From: Octopus sinensis
Taxonomy: Eukaryota
Direction: 5' to 3'
DNA: 64,000 nucleotides
Assembly (NCBI RefSeq): GCF_006345805.1
Contig: NC_043000.1
Coordinates: forward strand, 32,302,001 to 32,366,000
Under the pieces are notes generated by a model. The model searched no databases. It was not told the origin of the DNA and was given only the letters and a program-made list of their open reading frames with translations. The translations under genes were made by a program, and so were the position numbers. This document shows, one piece after another, positions 12,558 through 25,689 of this stretch (positions are counted from its first letter, which is position 1; every line of letters begins with the position of its first letter).

Positions 12558-13449
12558 GTGAATTTTTTGAAATATAATTTTATAGCGTTAAAAACTCCAA
12601 AGTAATGTTTGAATGTCTTGTCAAAATTTTTATTGATAATTTTCTTATAAACTACGTATGTAAGAGTAGTTTATAATTTTTCGCTAATTTTCAACTTTAA
12701 AACTTTAACTTTCCAAGAACTGGCTATTATTTTTATTAAATCTTCACTGCACCACAAAGTTATAGAGACTGAGGATCACTCTATCAAAACACAGAAAAAC
12801 TAATGAATATTAAAGGATTACCAAAAACACTACCTTTGTTCTAATTAATTTGGAAAATAATATATTTAGTAAAAGAAACAGGACAGACAAATGTTTATAC
12901 ACTGACATTATATCATTTATACAGGACGTTACAGAAATGTAAAAAATATTTGGAAAAAGCAAAATATAGTCCTTGATTTTTGAGAATCTGCACCAGTCCA
13001 AACTCTAATCCATTGTACATCTGTTATACAGTTTATCCAAGCATCTTCTCATCCACTGTATATTTAGTAAAATAACTGTCATTATTAAGCTGAGATTTAG
13101 AACCAAAATTCACTTGAAATTTTGAAGATCACTTTAAACACAAAGTTTATATCATAGAATAATGAGTCATCTCAGGTATGGTGATTTGAAAAGGTTAACC
13201 CATTTGATAGCAACCTGGCTGAAACCGCATCTGGCTCTGAAGTACAAATGTCTTGTTTTCATAAGTTCTCAATTAAAATCTTCCACCAAACCTTAGTCGC
13301 AATCATTAGCTTAATGATAACTAAGTTATTTTACTAAATTTTATGTTATAATTAAAATTAATTGGAAAAAAAAACACAGAGCATCTCAGAAGAAATATGG
13401 TAATGAAAGGGTTAGATAGATGAATAAAGTTATAAATCTGTCCACTTAC

Positions 13450-13493
13450 TTGAACCAAGAATAGATGAATTCTTTAAAAACCAATTCAAGTAA
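13450..13493 (-). CDS. SNX14: SNX14 exon 6 (LLELVFKEFIYSWF; PXA)
   Basis: tttctag acceptor and GTAAGT donor. PXA F-I/V-x-x-W-F/Y motif. Confidence 0.93.
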
Positions 13494-13803
13494 CTAGAAA
13501 ATACAAAATTTAAAAACAGCTGAATTGACAATATAAAATAAAATATTTTTTTAATAAGAGTGAGAGAGAAATAAAGAAAACCATTTGTGAAAAGTTTAGA
13601 GATAAAATTATTCCAACAATATTAGAAATAAACGGGTTTCATTACAGGACAACAACAACTTTACGATGTACGTATATTTGTAACATATTCGACCCCTTAT
13701 TGTAAGGGAATCTGAAATAGATTGGATCAGCAAACAGTTTGATTGTTGAGGCTTATAAACAAGAGCATCAATTCTTATTAGATTCATTAATCCAAAGGGC
13801 TGC

Positions 13804-13851
13804 CTCTGGCTGATGAGACATAATAATGTTGAAACGCCAGCTATCCCAGAG
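13804..13851 (+). ncRNA. Type I hammerhead ribozyme motif
   Basis: CUCUGG-CUGAUGA-GACAU(AAUA)AUGUU-GAAA-CGCCAGCU-AUC-CCAGAG. Perfect 6-bp stem I, 5-bp stem II and intact core; weak stem III. Confidence 0.7.
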
Positions 13852-14430
13852 TTCTTTGAACTGTCCTATGAACACAAATTCAGTGTTGAGGAGTTGATCT
13901 TCTGTGATGGAACACAACAGTGATCAGCAGATTAACACCTGAATCTGCCAGGACATAACATGTATATCAGTCACGGCTCTGAATTTCGCTGTTCATGGTG
14001 CATCGCATGAGGATTTATTATGAAAAGCAGTCATCATCATCATCGTTTAACATCCGCTTTCCATGCTAGCATGGGTTGGACAAATGACTGAGGGCTGGCG
14101 AACCAGATGGCTGCACCAGGCTTCAATCTTGATCTGGCAGAGTTTCTACAGCTGGATGCTCTTCCTAACGCCAACCACTCCGAGAGTGTAGCAGGTGCTT
14201 TTTACATGCCACCGGCACGGGGCCAGTCAAGCGGTACTGGCAACAACCTCGCTCGAATCTTTTAATACGTGCCACCGGCACAGGGGCCAGTAAGGCGATG
14301 CTGGTAAGCAGTGTTTTATTTAAATTTCATTCAAAGTTTTCTGTGATTTGTTCAACGTTTCTTTTGGTCACTTCATATATTAGTCAGTAGAAATATATTC
14401 AGGAATAACTGAGGGTCATCATTATATTAA

Positions 14431-14770
14431 CCCTTTAGCGTTTAAACTGACCATCATCCTCATCCAACGTCCGTTTTCCATGCTGGCATGGGTTGGATTG
14501 TTTGACTGAGGTCTGGAGTGCCAGCAGCTGCACCAGGCTCCAATCTGATCTGGCAATGTTTCTACAGCTGGATGCCCTTCCTAACACGACATCTGACCAA
14601 AATATTCTACCTGCTTTATGTTCAAACTGGACAGATCCAGCTTCTCACACCTACCCTACAATGTCATTTTAACAGTAAACAATTACATCATTGAAATTTC
14701 AAAGCTAGAAAATAATGCAGGATTTAATTCAAAGCCATATGAACAACAAAGCAACCTGAATGCTAAAGGG
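14431..14770. mobile_element. piggyBac-like MITE with a nested RTE-tail fragment; other TTAA-type MITEs at 13199-13411, 44808-45015 and ~10535-10670
   Basis: TTAA|CCCTTTAGC ... GCTAAAGGG|TTAA. Confidence 0.8.
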
Positions 14771-15321
14771 TTAAAGAAATATGAGACCAATTATATTGTT
14801 AATTAATACTACAGCTGTTAATTAGTTAATTGGCAATAAATATACATCATCCATTCAAACACGTAACAGGCTTTGGTTGTCAACATAATTACACTTTTAG
14901 TCTTTTAATTTATAATAATAACAACAACAATAATAATAATTCTTTCTACTGTAGGCACAAGGCCTGAAATTTGTGGGGGTGCATCTAGTCGATTACATCA
15001 ACCCCAGTGTTTCACTGGTACTTAATTTATAGACCCCAAAAGGATGAAAGGCAAAATCGACCTTGACAGAATTTGAACTAAAAATGTAAGGACAGATGAA
15101 AGGCCAAGTAGTAGCAGTAGTAATAACAATAGTGATATTAATAATAATGCCAACAAATGTGAGGAAGTGGGAAAAGTGATTTACATCAACTCCAACTGGT
15201 ACTTTATTTGATCGACCTCAAAAGGGTGAAATGCAAAGTCAAACTCAGCAGAATTTGAACTCAGAACATAAAGATGAACAAACAAAATGCCAAGAAATAA
15301 TAATAATAACAATAATAATAA

Positions 15322-15682
15322 TATGCCTTCCAGTTGATTATTCAGATGACAACGTGTCTCTAAAAGAAATAAAGAAACTTTCAAAATACAAAGACCTGGA
15401 AATAGCAGTAACTAGAATGTGGAATCTAAAAACAGAAACATTTCTAACATAGTAGGTGCATTAGGCATGATAAAAAAATATTCAGACAAATACATAACAA
15501 AAACACCAGAACTTACAAACATACAGAAAATTGCACTACTGGGCACTACACACATGCTACGCAAAACACTTTCAATACAGTAACCATCAGAGCATCACAA
15601 CAAAACACAGCACATACCCAAGGCACACAGAGCTGCGCTCGGTAGTGAAGTGAAAGCACGCTATAAAAATAAAACTACTGAA
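15322..15682 (+). mobile_element. 3' end of an R4/Dong-like (restriction-like endonuclease) LINE inserted in (AAT)n; an older related remnant follows at ~15700-16240
   Basis: DDNVSLKEIKKLSKYKDLEIAVTRMWNLKTE...VGALGMIKK, flanked by (AAT)n. LEIVPLVIRALGMIK at 15951. Confidence 0.78.
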
Positions 15683-16247
15683 TGATAATAATAATAATAA
15701 GCAAGCACAATGAGACATGGAAATAAAGAAGAAACAGGACAACAACCTGGCCATCATAATTTGGGGATATGTCCATCCAAGGTGACAAAGAGATGATGGC
15801 AAACCATCCAGACATTATGATAAAAGACTGGAAAACAAACTCAAGCACACTGATAGAACTCTGCAATCGCTTTTGGTGAAAATATTTACCAGAAGGAGAT
15901 GGAGAAATTATCAACAGAGAAAGACCTTGAAATATATTTGAGAAGTGAAACTGGAAATAGTACCACTTGTAATCAGAGCATTAGGCATGATTAAAAGAAA
16001 TATGAAAAAAGACGCAGAAACTATATCAGGACTCACAACGCTACACACTACCACCCCACCCCACCCACCCCTAAAAAATAACTCTGCAAGGAACAGTCCA
16101 CGTCTTACACAAGTCTATCAGTTCAAGAGGACAGTTTCTGAGTAGCAGATCAATCTTCACACACAACAACCACCACTTTGTACAACGAATATCCAATAAT
16201 CTAAAACAACACAAGCAACAAATATGACACAAGATTAAGGCTTAATA

Positions 16248-16687
16248 ATCTATCTCTTATTATAAAAGGCAGATTTTATCTGCCTCCCTTTGGGAGTTAT
16301 ACAAATCTACAATATAGGATTTCTTCAATTACAATTTACCTAGCATTTTTAAGAGTACAATGCATCGCGTCATGCCAGGTCCAGTTTTTTAAATTTAAAC
16401 TCCAATTAAGCAAAATTTACAGAAAACTCACATTCTGGTGTGTGTGTCAAATGCTTTTCTTAGTCTGGTTTACACCACATGCAAACGCACACACACAGTG
16501 GGCAACGAATAAAGTGAAACTAGATGTAATATTTGTTTCTGTCTATCACGCTGATAGATACATGAGTAAAATGTATGGGAAGCTAAGACATAAGTGTGAG
16601 TGAAAATGTTCTTGGAAGAGAGTAAATTAGCGACAGAGTGATTTGAGGAAGACTTTACAGTAAATAACCGTAGTGGCTTGTGTTAGT
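16248..16687 (+). mobile_element. Possible Helitron-like non-autonomous element
   Basis: TCTATCTCTTATTATAAAAGGCAGA start and a TTAG|T end. The terminal hairpin is weak. Confidence 0.4.
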
Positions 16688-16699
16688 AATAAAGTAAAC

Positions 16700-17128
16700 A
16701 TACACTCATACATACATACATACATACATACATACATACATACATACATACACACACATACACACACACATACATACATACACACACACACACATACATA
16801 CATACATACATACATATACATACATACATATACATACATATACATACATACATACACACACACACACATACACACACACACAGTATTGAAGCTTGAGAAC
16901 AATCAGATACATTTGCAACACATCTGTTGAAAATATTATTGTTCACACACATACATATACATATATACATACAGACAGACAGACAGATAGACACACACAC
17001 ACACATGATCCAGCATGGCCACAACCTCAAGGCTGAAACATATAAAAGAATAACAGAATATAAATGTGTGCATGTGTGTGTGAGAGAGAGTGTGTGTGTA
17101 TATGTATGTATGTATGTATATATATATA
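16700..17128. repeat. Compound (CATA)n/(CA)n/(CAGA)n/(TG)n microsatellite
   Basis: Directly visible; explains the spurious low-complexity ORFs. Confidence 0.95.
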
Positions 17129-17129
17129 A

Positions 17130-17710
17130 TAATGCGGTTTTTTCAACAGCTTGAACTAAAAGTCAGAGGGGAATGGGATAAGCTACTTATATTAACTTGC
17201 TATAAAAGCAGGTAGTAATTTTATCTTGTCCTTATTCATAGTGCAAGTTTTGAAGAGTGCATTTCGATTTTAACAGCTATTTTCTTCAAAGCTATGTTGG
17301 AAGTAACAAAGGAGCATATTTTGCTTTATGAGTTCAATAAAGACAACAACGCAACGGAAAGTACAAGAAATATTAATGCAGTATATGGGGATTGGACAAT
17401 AAGCGTAAGGCAGTGTCAATGGTGGTTCCAGAAATTCCGAGCCATAAACTACAGCCTAGAAGATGAGCCTCATCCTGAAAGATCTGTAGAACTCGACAAG
17501 GACATCCTGAAAACCCTGGTGGAACAAAATCTCATCGTAACTGTTGAGGAACTAGCAGAGAAGCTTGGATTTGGTCATTCACCATTCATTGAGACCTGTG
17601 TGCTATCGGAAAAGTCAGCAAATTGGGTCAATGGGTTCCTCACGAACTTTCCGAGTCTAATTGCATGCAGAGAGTGAATGTATGCTTTTCTTTGCTGTCA
17701 CATCTCACCA
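17130..17710 (+). mobile_element. Mariner transposon, 5' half (HTH region), truncated at the Helitrons
   Basis: EVTKEHILLYEFNKDNNATESTRNINAVYG...WFQKFR...SLEDEPH; WVPHEL in a shifted frame. Confidence 0.9.
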
Positions 17711-17727
17711 CTACTGCGCTATGTATA

Positions 17728-18363
17728 TCTATATATATAAAACTGTAGTTGTGTGAGTGTCTGTCCCCTTCGATTTAGATTCCTAACTACTCCCACATTT
17801 TGCGGTGCAGTTTAACCAAATTCGGGTAGCTTATAGTCGTGATTCATATCGGGCCCGTCTGAGTATTAGCGCGCGTCTACGATGAGTCTACGATTTTAAA
17901 AATAATTTAACATCATTTTTTTATTCCATTTTAATGCATAATTTTTCGTGTGTCGATGGCGGCGGAGTTGGCGTCCACACTCACACCTGCACCTGTGGGG
18001 AAGAGAGTGTAAGGAAATCAACGTCGTAATGCGTTGTCAAGGAGACCAGCGTTCTTTTAGAACAACGACTTCATGGCTTGAAGACACCAAAACAGAAATG
18101 GCTAAGAAAGCGTCTACATGAGTCTACGATTTAAAAAAAATTTACCATCGTTTTTTTTTTCCATTTTAATGCATTTTTCGCTATTATATAAGGGAAGTAA
18201 CTCTCTAAAAATGTCTACGATGAGTCAACGATTTAAAAAAAATTTACCATCATATTTTTTCCATTTTTAATGCATTTTTGATATTTTTTGGCTATAACTC
18301 TCTAAAAATGCTTATATAGTTATTTCCCTTACAAACCCGAGCAACGCCGGGCGATACTGCTAG
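17728..18363 (+). mobile_element. Non-autonomous Helitron with internal ~110-bp repeats
   Basis: A|TCTATATATATAAA start, CCCGAGCAACGCCGGG hairpin, then CTAG|T. Confidence 0.85.
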
Positions 18364-18724
18364 TATATATATAAACGGCAAAATGTCTGTGTGTGTGTCC
18401 TTTATACAAATCCACAATTTTTCAGTTAGAGGCCTCGCACTTTCTATGGTCATTTAAAACCATCCAAGGGTGGTCGTGCACATTTTTACATTTCCCCAGT
18501 CACCCCCGCAAAGCCATTAAAAAATCAATAGAAGTTACTTTTTTGTGAATTTTCAATCCAAAACCCAATGAAAATGCCTGAAACTTGATACGCCAATTAA
18601 ATGCCAGCTAGCTGTATGTGATTGGTCGGAGATTTGGACAGTACTCGCATGTATGTGTGCACGCACGCAGCTGTATATACATGCACTAGCACTATGACCC
18701 AGTGTTGCCGGGTCATAGTGCTAG
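18364..18724 (+). mobile_element. Second non-autonomous Helitron abutting the first
   Basis: Ends CTAGCACTATGACCCAGTGTTGCCGGGTCATAGTGCTAG|T. Confidence 0.8.
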
Positions 18725-19594
18725 TAGAATAATACAACTGATTACACACATTATCAACAAGAAACAAGGAAACTAAACCCCTTAACAAAACTGGTGCAGC
18801 AGACTAACAGAAGGAGTTTGCTTTCCCCCAGTCTACACAAAAATAAGAACACCCTGTTGCAACACACCTCAAGGACACCATTGAGGTGCACCAGTTGATG
18901 CAGTTGAAACTTGCATTAAACTACCAAAGAAAAGCCTATAATAATTCTTTCATATTCTGGCACAAGGCCAGCAACCTTAGGTGGGGATAGAGGGGTAGGT
19001 CAATTGCACTGAAACCATGGCTCAACTGGTACATATTTCATTGATCCCATAACAAGGAAAGGCAAAGTTGCCCTTGGCAGCATTTGAACTCAGAATGCAG
19101 AAATGAACAAATTACTTGCAGTATTTTGTCTGACATGCTAACGAGTCTGCCACCTTGCTACCTTAGCAGCAGCAGTAGCAGTAGTAGTAGTAGTAGTAGT
19201 TATTGTTTCAAATTTTTACCACAAGAGCAGCTTGGGGGAGGTGGGGATGAGTCAATTACATCGGCCCCAGTGTCCAACTGGCACTTATTTCATCGACCCC
19301 GAAAGGATGAAAGGCAAAGTCAAGCTCAGCAGAATTTGAACTCAGAACATAGTGATGGGTGAAATACCGCTAAACATTTCATCCAGCGTGCTAACAATAC
19401 TGCCAGCTTCACTGCCTTACAATAATTCTCCTTTTATTGGCCACAGGGGCTAAGTAAGGAACACTCTACTCAGATGTTATAAAGAGAACATTTGACACAA
19501 CATCAAGGTGAGATTCATTCTCAAAGCAAAACATTCATTTCAAACAGAAATTAAGGAAGTGTTAAATATAAAAATGTGTGAAGCAGATATTTAC

Positions 19595-19673
19595 CTCACC
19601 AACAGCTTTGTCTACACTCTGTGGAATATTAATACCATTCCAAGGCTGGAAAGCTAGAATATTCAGCTCAGGT
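19595..19673 (-). CDS. SNX14: SNX14 exon 5 (PELNILAFQPWNGINIPQSVDKAVGE; start of PXA domain)
   Basis: AG acceptor after a T-rich tract, GTAAAT donor, QPW...VD motif. Confidence 0.92.
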
Positions 19674-19807
19674 CTTTTAGTGAAGAAAAAAATATATATA
19701 AAAACAGTAAATCAACGAATAGAAACAGGAAAGAGCTGAGTAAAATGAAATAAATACAGTGAAACCTTGGAGTGCACTCTGCTGCTAGGATTCAGTTGAG
19801 GTAATTG

Positions 19808-20106
19808 TTGTTCCTTCGCGAGCCATGCCTGGCTCATAAGGGCCAGTTTCCCGGTTTCCTTGGCATATAGGTTCCCCACCTGAACGGGACGCCGGTCCGT
19901 CGCAAGTGAGCTGCAAGATGCAGGAGGAAAGAGTGAGAGAAAGTTGTGGCGAAAGAGTCAGCAGAAGTTCGACATTATCTTCTGCCGGAGCCGTGTGGAG
20001 CTTAGGTGTTTCGCTCATAAGTACACACATCGCCCGGTCTGAGATTTGAACCCGCGATCCCTCAACCGCGAGTCCGCTGCTCTAACCACTAGGCCATGCG
20101 CCTCCT
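19808..20106 (-). mobile_element. tRNA-derived SINE with 13-bp TSD
   Basis: Head GGAGGCGCATGGCCTAGTGGTTAGAGC...GGTTCAAATC (A/B boxes). TSD GTTGAGGT(A/G)ATTG at 19795 and 20107. Confidence 0.9.
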
Positions 20107-21177
20107 GTTGAGGTGATTGGTTTGACTTTACCTCCCCACCCAATAGTCTTAAGGGAGTTATTAGCACTACCTACCTTTCTGACTGAATGATTCACATAAA
20201 TAATAATCAATGTGTATGACATTTTGGTAGAGGGAAATAGTCAGTAGTACCCTCTACTGCAAGAATTTCTTGTCTTATTTCCCTATAGATTCAGCCATCA
20301 AAATTCATTCATCAGCAAATAGGAATTCCTATGGACAGCCAGTCTTAAACTCTTCTGTGATGGCCAGCAAGGGACTACGATGATGATGACAATGACGCAA
20401 CAACTGATTCTCATTATTGACTGACTGTATCTTTGTACATAACTCCTACATCTCTCACAAGCCATTATTCATCTACACCTAAGCTTCCTTAAGGATCTCC
20501 AAATTATTGAGAAGAGCAGCATTTGACAGGAGTCAAACACCTCCAAGTCAATGAAAGCCAGGAATAGTGATTTATTCTTAGGCAAGTATTTCTCCTGCAG
20601 CTGCCTCACAAGAAAGCTTACATCTGTAGTACCTATTTCTTTATTACCCACAGGGGGCTAAACATAGAGGGGACAAACAAGGACAGACATAGGTATTAAG
20701 TCGATTACATCGACCCCAGTGCGTAACTGGTACTTAATTTATCAACCCCGAAAGGATGAAAGGCAAAGTCAACCTCGGCGGAATTTGAACACACAACATA
20801 ACGGCAGACAAAATACCTCTAAGCATTTCGCCCGGCATGCTAACGTTTCTGCCAATTCGCCACCCTCATCTGTGGCACCTCTTCCAGGCACAAAGCCAAG
20901 TTGCAACTCATCTAGGTCAATCCTAACATGGATCAATCGTGCTATGACACTCTCTCCATGACTTTCACAACTTGAATTCTTTTAATTAAATAATTAGACA
21001 AAAACATTGAAACAAAAATAAATACAAGTACTAAAGTCAATATGATCAACTAAATCCCATCAAGTCTATGCTCCAGTATAAACAGTCTAAATCAATTAAA
21101 AAAGTATTTGAAAAAGATATGAGTTCCCCAAACTAACCAAACACAGAAGGTAATAGAATGAAATATATGTATATTAC

Positions 21178-21251
21178 CTGTGACGAGGACATTTTCTTTG
21201 TCCACAAACACTACACATAGTTTTCATTAAAGACAGTTCTTCTTCTTCTTT
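21178..21251 (-). CDS. SNX14: SNX14 exon 4 (KEEEELSLMKTMCSVCGQRKCPRHR)
   Basis: tttacag acceptor and GTAATA donor. CxxCG-xx-KC-x-RHR motif as in SNX14. Confidence 0.93.
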
Positions 21252-21421
21252 CTGTAAAATTAAAGTTGAAATTATTTCTAATTTTTATTAAAATTTTCAA
21301 ATCCACAAAAATGAAAAAAAAATCTAGAAATAAAAAAAACAGAATTTATCAACTGATTTCTTTGAGAAAAAAAAAAGAAAAAAAGAAAATTTAATTGGAA
21401 AGCAAGCTTCTTACTACACAG

Positions 21422-21451
<30 letters not shown>

Positions 21452-21454
<3 letters not shown>

Positions 21455-22815
21455 CCCCCGGCCCATCAGGAATCACTGCTGAGATGCTTAAAACATCTGG
21501 TAGTATGGGCTATGGCCTAGTCACCCACATTGTAAACCAGCTAGTTCATAATGGAGTCATACCCAATGACTGGCATAGCAGCACCATAGTCAACTGCTAC
21601 AAAAGTAAAGGTGATACTCTAAATAGAAATAACTACAGGGGTATTAAACTGTTGGATCAGATGATGAAGGTCACAGAGAGGGTCGTAGCCCATCTCATTA
21701 GGGAGAGAGTCTGCTTAGATGAGAGATGAGATGATGTTCGGTTTTGTGCCGGGTAGAAGCACCACTGATGCCATATTCCTGGTTCAACAACTGCAGGAGA
21801 AATACCTAGCTAAAGATAAACCCCTCTACATAGCTTTCGTGGACTTGGAGAAAGCCTTTGACAGGGTCCCCAAATACCTTATCTGGTGGGCAACGCAGAA
21901 ACTGGAGATTAACGAATGGTTAATAAGGGCTGTACAGGCACTATACAAAGAGGCCATTAGCAAGGTTAGGATTGGCAATGAGTATAGTGAAGAATTCCGG
22001 GTAGAAGTAGGGGTCCACCAAGGTTCAGCCTTCAGTCCCCTTCTATTCATCATAGTCCTCCAGGCAATAACAGAGGAATTCAAGACGGATTGCCCCTGGG
22101 AGCTCCTCTATGCTGATGACCTGGCCCTCATAGCAGAATCCCTACCGGAACTAGAAAAGAAATTTTGGGTATGAAAGCTAGGTTTAGAATCAAAAGGCCT
22201 TAGAGACAATGTAGCAAAGACCAAAGTTATAGTAAGTAGGAAGGCAAACACACCAGGTAGGTGGCCCTGCTCGATCTGTAGAAAAGGTGTAGGTAGAAAC
22301 TCCATAAGATGTACCTAGTGTAAGCTATGGACACATAAGAAGTGCAGCAACATCAAAGGAAAATTAACCGAGAAGATAACTTTTGTGTGTGGCAGATGCA
22401 CAGGGCCAATAGACACCATTGATACTCAGAAAACAGATTCCATTACACTCCTGGGGGAGAAACTAGAAGTAGTTGATAGTTTCCGCTACCTACGTGACCA
22501 AGTTAGTGGTGGGGCTGGATGCTCAGAGAGTGTTACCACTAGAATAAGAATAACCTGGGCAAAGTTTAGAAAGCTCCTATCCCTACTGGTGACAAAGTGT
22601 CTCTCGCTCAGAGTGAAAGGTAGATTGTACAATGCATGTGTACGAACTGCCATGCTTCACGGTAGTGAAACATGGGCTGTGACTGCAGAGGACATGCATA
22701 GACTTGAAAGAAATGAAGCTAGCATGATCCGCTGGATGTGTAATGTCAGTGTGCACACACAACATAGTGTAAGCAACCTGAGAGAAATGCTGGACATAAG
22801 AAGCATCAGAAGAAG
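21452..22815 (+). mobile_element. RTE LINE fragment, same family as 46588-50302
   Basis: FGFVPGRSTTDAIF, DLEKAFDRVP, GVHQGS, LLYADD and HGSETWA motifs, with stops. Confidence 0.93.
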
Positions 22816-23272
22816 CAGATGACACCTTTGCACCATTCAGGTGACAACCTTCCAACCCATGGGTCTGTTTGGGCACTCATTGTTGGCAAAGGTTCAGGGG
22901 ACACAGAGGAAACACTGAGTCTGTTCTCTGACATGCCAGTCCCCCACACAGTACTAGAGCAATGTGAAATAAAGTATTTTGCTCAAGAATACAACATGCC
23001 ACCTAGTCCAGAAACTGAACCCATGATCTGACAATTGCGAGCCCAACAGCCTAACCACTAGGTCACATGTTTTTACCAAAGCATACTAATAATTTAATAT
23101 AGTAAACTTTGTACATAATTTGAATAATTTTCTGCATTTCTGGGGTTTTTCTTTTTCATTTTTTATTTTACTTTAATGAGATTTTATACCAAAGTTACCA
23201 AAATACAAACACAGAGACAGCAAAGAAATTAGAAATTATTCATGCATTTTATAAGCGTTTATTTATACTTAC

Positions 23273-23324
23273 GACTATTTTCCGATTGTACATAAACAAT
23301 AAATTAGGGAGCAGGGAGTCCTTA
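23273..23324 (-). CDS. SNX14: SNX14 exon 3 (SKDSLLPNLLFMYNRKIV)
   Basis: ttctgacag acceptor, GTAAGT donor, DSLLPN motif, 52 nt and phase-consistent. Confidence 0.92.
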
Positions 23325-25689
23325 CTGTCAGAAAGTAGAAAGAAAATAATCTTTAATGAAGGATAACAAGAAAACAGAAATTATTGAAACCATTAAAGAA
23401 TTTAGACAAAAATTCTACAATCAAAGTCCAAATCAGATTTAAATAATTTATCTTAAAAATTCCTTTTGTTTTTTTGTTGTTTTTTTTTTGTTTTTTTTAT
23501 ATTATGATCATCCTCATTTAACATCCAACTTCCATGCTGGCATGGGTCAGATGGTTGGACAAAATCAAACAAGCCAGAGAGCGGCATCAAGCTCCAGTGT
23601 CTGCCTTGACATGGTTTCTGCAATTGGATCACCTTCCTAGCACCAACCATTCTACAGAGTGTACAGTGTGAGTTTTATGTGGCACCAGCACTTATGAGAT
23701 CTTCAAGTAATTTAAAAGGGAAATTCCCTTAACTGAGTGGAAGGTGTAGCAGAGAAGCTAAAGTATTATAGAGGGACAGGTGTCTGGCTATAGAGAAGAT
23801 GCAGCCCCAGATGGAAAGAGCGATGGCAGTGATGGGGTGTCAGGGGGTGCCCTCAATATACAAGAAGGGGGATTATGAAAGAGAGAATAGGAACAGAAGA
23901 TTAGGAAGGGTGGGTGGGTAGGTAAGTTTTTGAGGGTGTGAAATGAATGAAAAGCGCTACAGTTAGAAGTGTGATGGTGAAGTGAGTGTTAAAGAGATGT
24001 AGGGAAAGCTTGAGAACAACAGATGGAAGCAGGGGCAGAGCTATAATATGATTTTAGGACCTTAGTTTTGTTGAGAATGATGGAGCTGCATAATCCCAAT
24101 GAATCACCAACCATTTTGGTTCTTTCTTGTCCCTTCCATCAAACTCAGTTGATGTAGGTCACAGATCAGTCTTTACTTCTACGTCCCGTGTCTTCCTTGG
24201 TCTCCCTCTTCTACAGGTGCCATCTACCGTTAGTAAGCGGCGCTTCTTTAGTCAGCTCTCCGCATCCATATGTATCACATGTCTTACTAGCAGAGTCGTC
24301 TTCCTTACACACTACATCTAATACCTGTTATGTTCAATTTTTCTGTAAACAGACTGCACTGATCCAAGAACAAGATTATCAGCAGAGACGAGTTGCCATG
24401 GGCAACCAGTCTTAAACTCTTTTGTTATGACCTGAAGGTCATACAGACAGGACAGAGAACCGAACCCTTGTTAACTCCTCCTTGCACACAGCTTGACCAT
24501 CTCCCACAAGGCATTCATCAACTCCTAGCACTCTCGATAACCACCAAGTGAGAGAGAGAGAGTGCTGGTGACCTGTCAAAAGCTTTCTCCAGATCAATGA
24601 ATGCCAGGAGGGTCTTTACATTTTATATTAATTGTTGGTGTTGTTGTTGTTGCTGAATAGTCTGAGACAGGGCTATAGAAATTACTCCGTTATTGGAGCC
24701 ATCATCCCCTTTATTGTCAGAAGAGAAGTGTTGGGTTCAAATTCACTTGTTTTGTTATCTATGCAGATCCTAAGCTTAATTCTACATGCTTCAATCAGGG
24801 GACAAATACAGAATTTGGGAAAATATTAATATTATACAAGTTAAACCACCATCCTATTCCAAAAATTTTATCTGTCATCTATTTCATGCTGAACTAGAAC
24901 AAATTTTCGCCCTTAGCTGCCACAAGATTTAGTAGACACAGCTTTATTATTATTATTATCATTATTATGGATATATTGTCCAAAGATTCTGTTGTTGCAG
25001 GGCCTTCACTACTGGTAAACAAAAGAGAGAAAGACCTTGATAATCTCAGACCGGTGACTTGTACTAACTACTTCCAATAGGGCGTACTCTTCTGGGAGAC
25101 ACCCAGGGACCAGATGAAAATGTTAAGCCAGGTAATGGATTAAGTTTTACATCTAATCACAGTAACACTCTGTAACTGCTCTTCCACAGTTTCTATTGAC
25201 GAAATTCTTCTATCAACCAAATCCCATTCCCAAAATTGGAGTCAAACTAAGGCAATGACAAAAGACATTTGACCAAGACACCACACAGTAGAATTGAACT
25301 CGTTGGGTTGCTACATTACAGGAGTCGGGCAACTAATTGGCTCAATTTTACATGGATTGTTGGAAGAGATGTTTTGTAGATAGATTCACTTGTTATTGCC
25401 AACCTCTCCACTATATTTGTTAAATTTTTCACATCAATATGATATCAGATAGAAGGACTCTGAAGGAGAGGAACAACAGGAACAGAAAGTTCAAGGCCAT
25501 CAAGACTCTCATTGGAATGGTATTTCAGAAGAAAAGCAGAAGGGCAACGGTACGAAGCACCTAGGGGTAAGAATTCAGAAAGTTTTGTGACTCTATGAAG
25601 GTTAATTACAGCAACACATTAAAAAACACTCAAGTGAAAGTTTTAAATGGTTTAAGGAAGCAAATAACAGTGTCATGATCCATTTTACA

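Noticed and set aside
16627-17154. Cys/Val/Tyr/His-rich ORFs (likewise 37155-37504 and 45463-45942)
   Set aside because: Translations of microsatellites and SINE sequence.
20030-20105. tRNA-like sequence (also 45386-45460 and 5398-5468)
   Set aside because: SINE heads continuous with repeat bodies; no proper acceptor stem or terminator.
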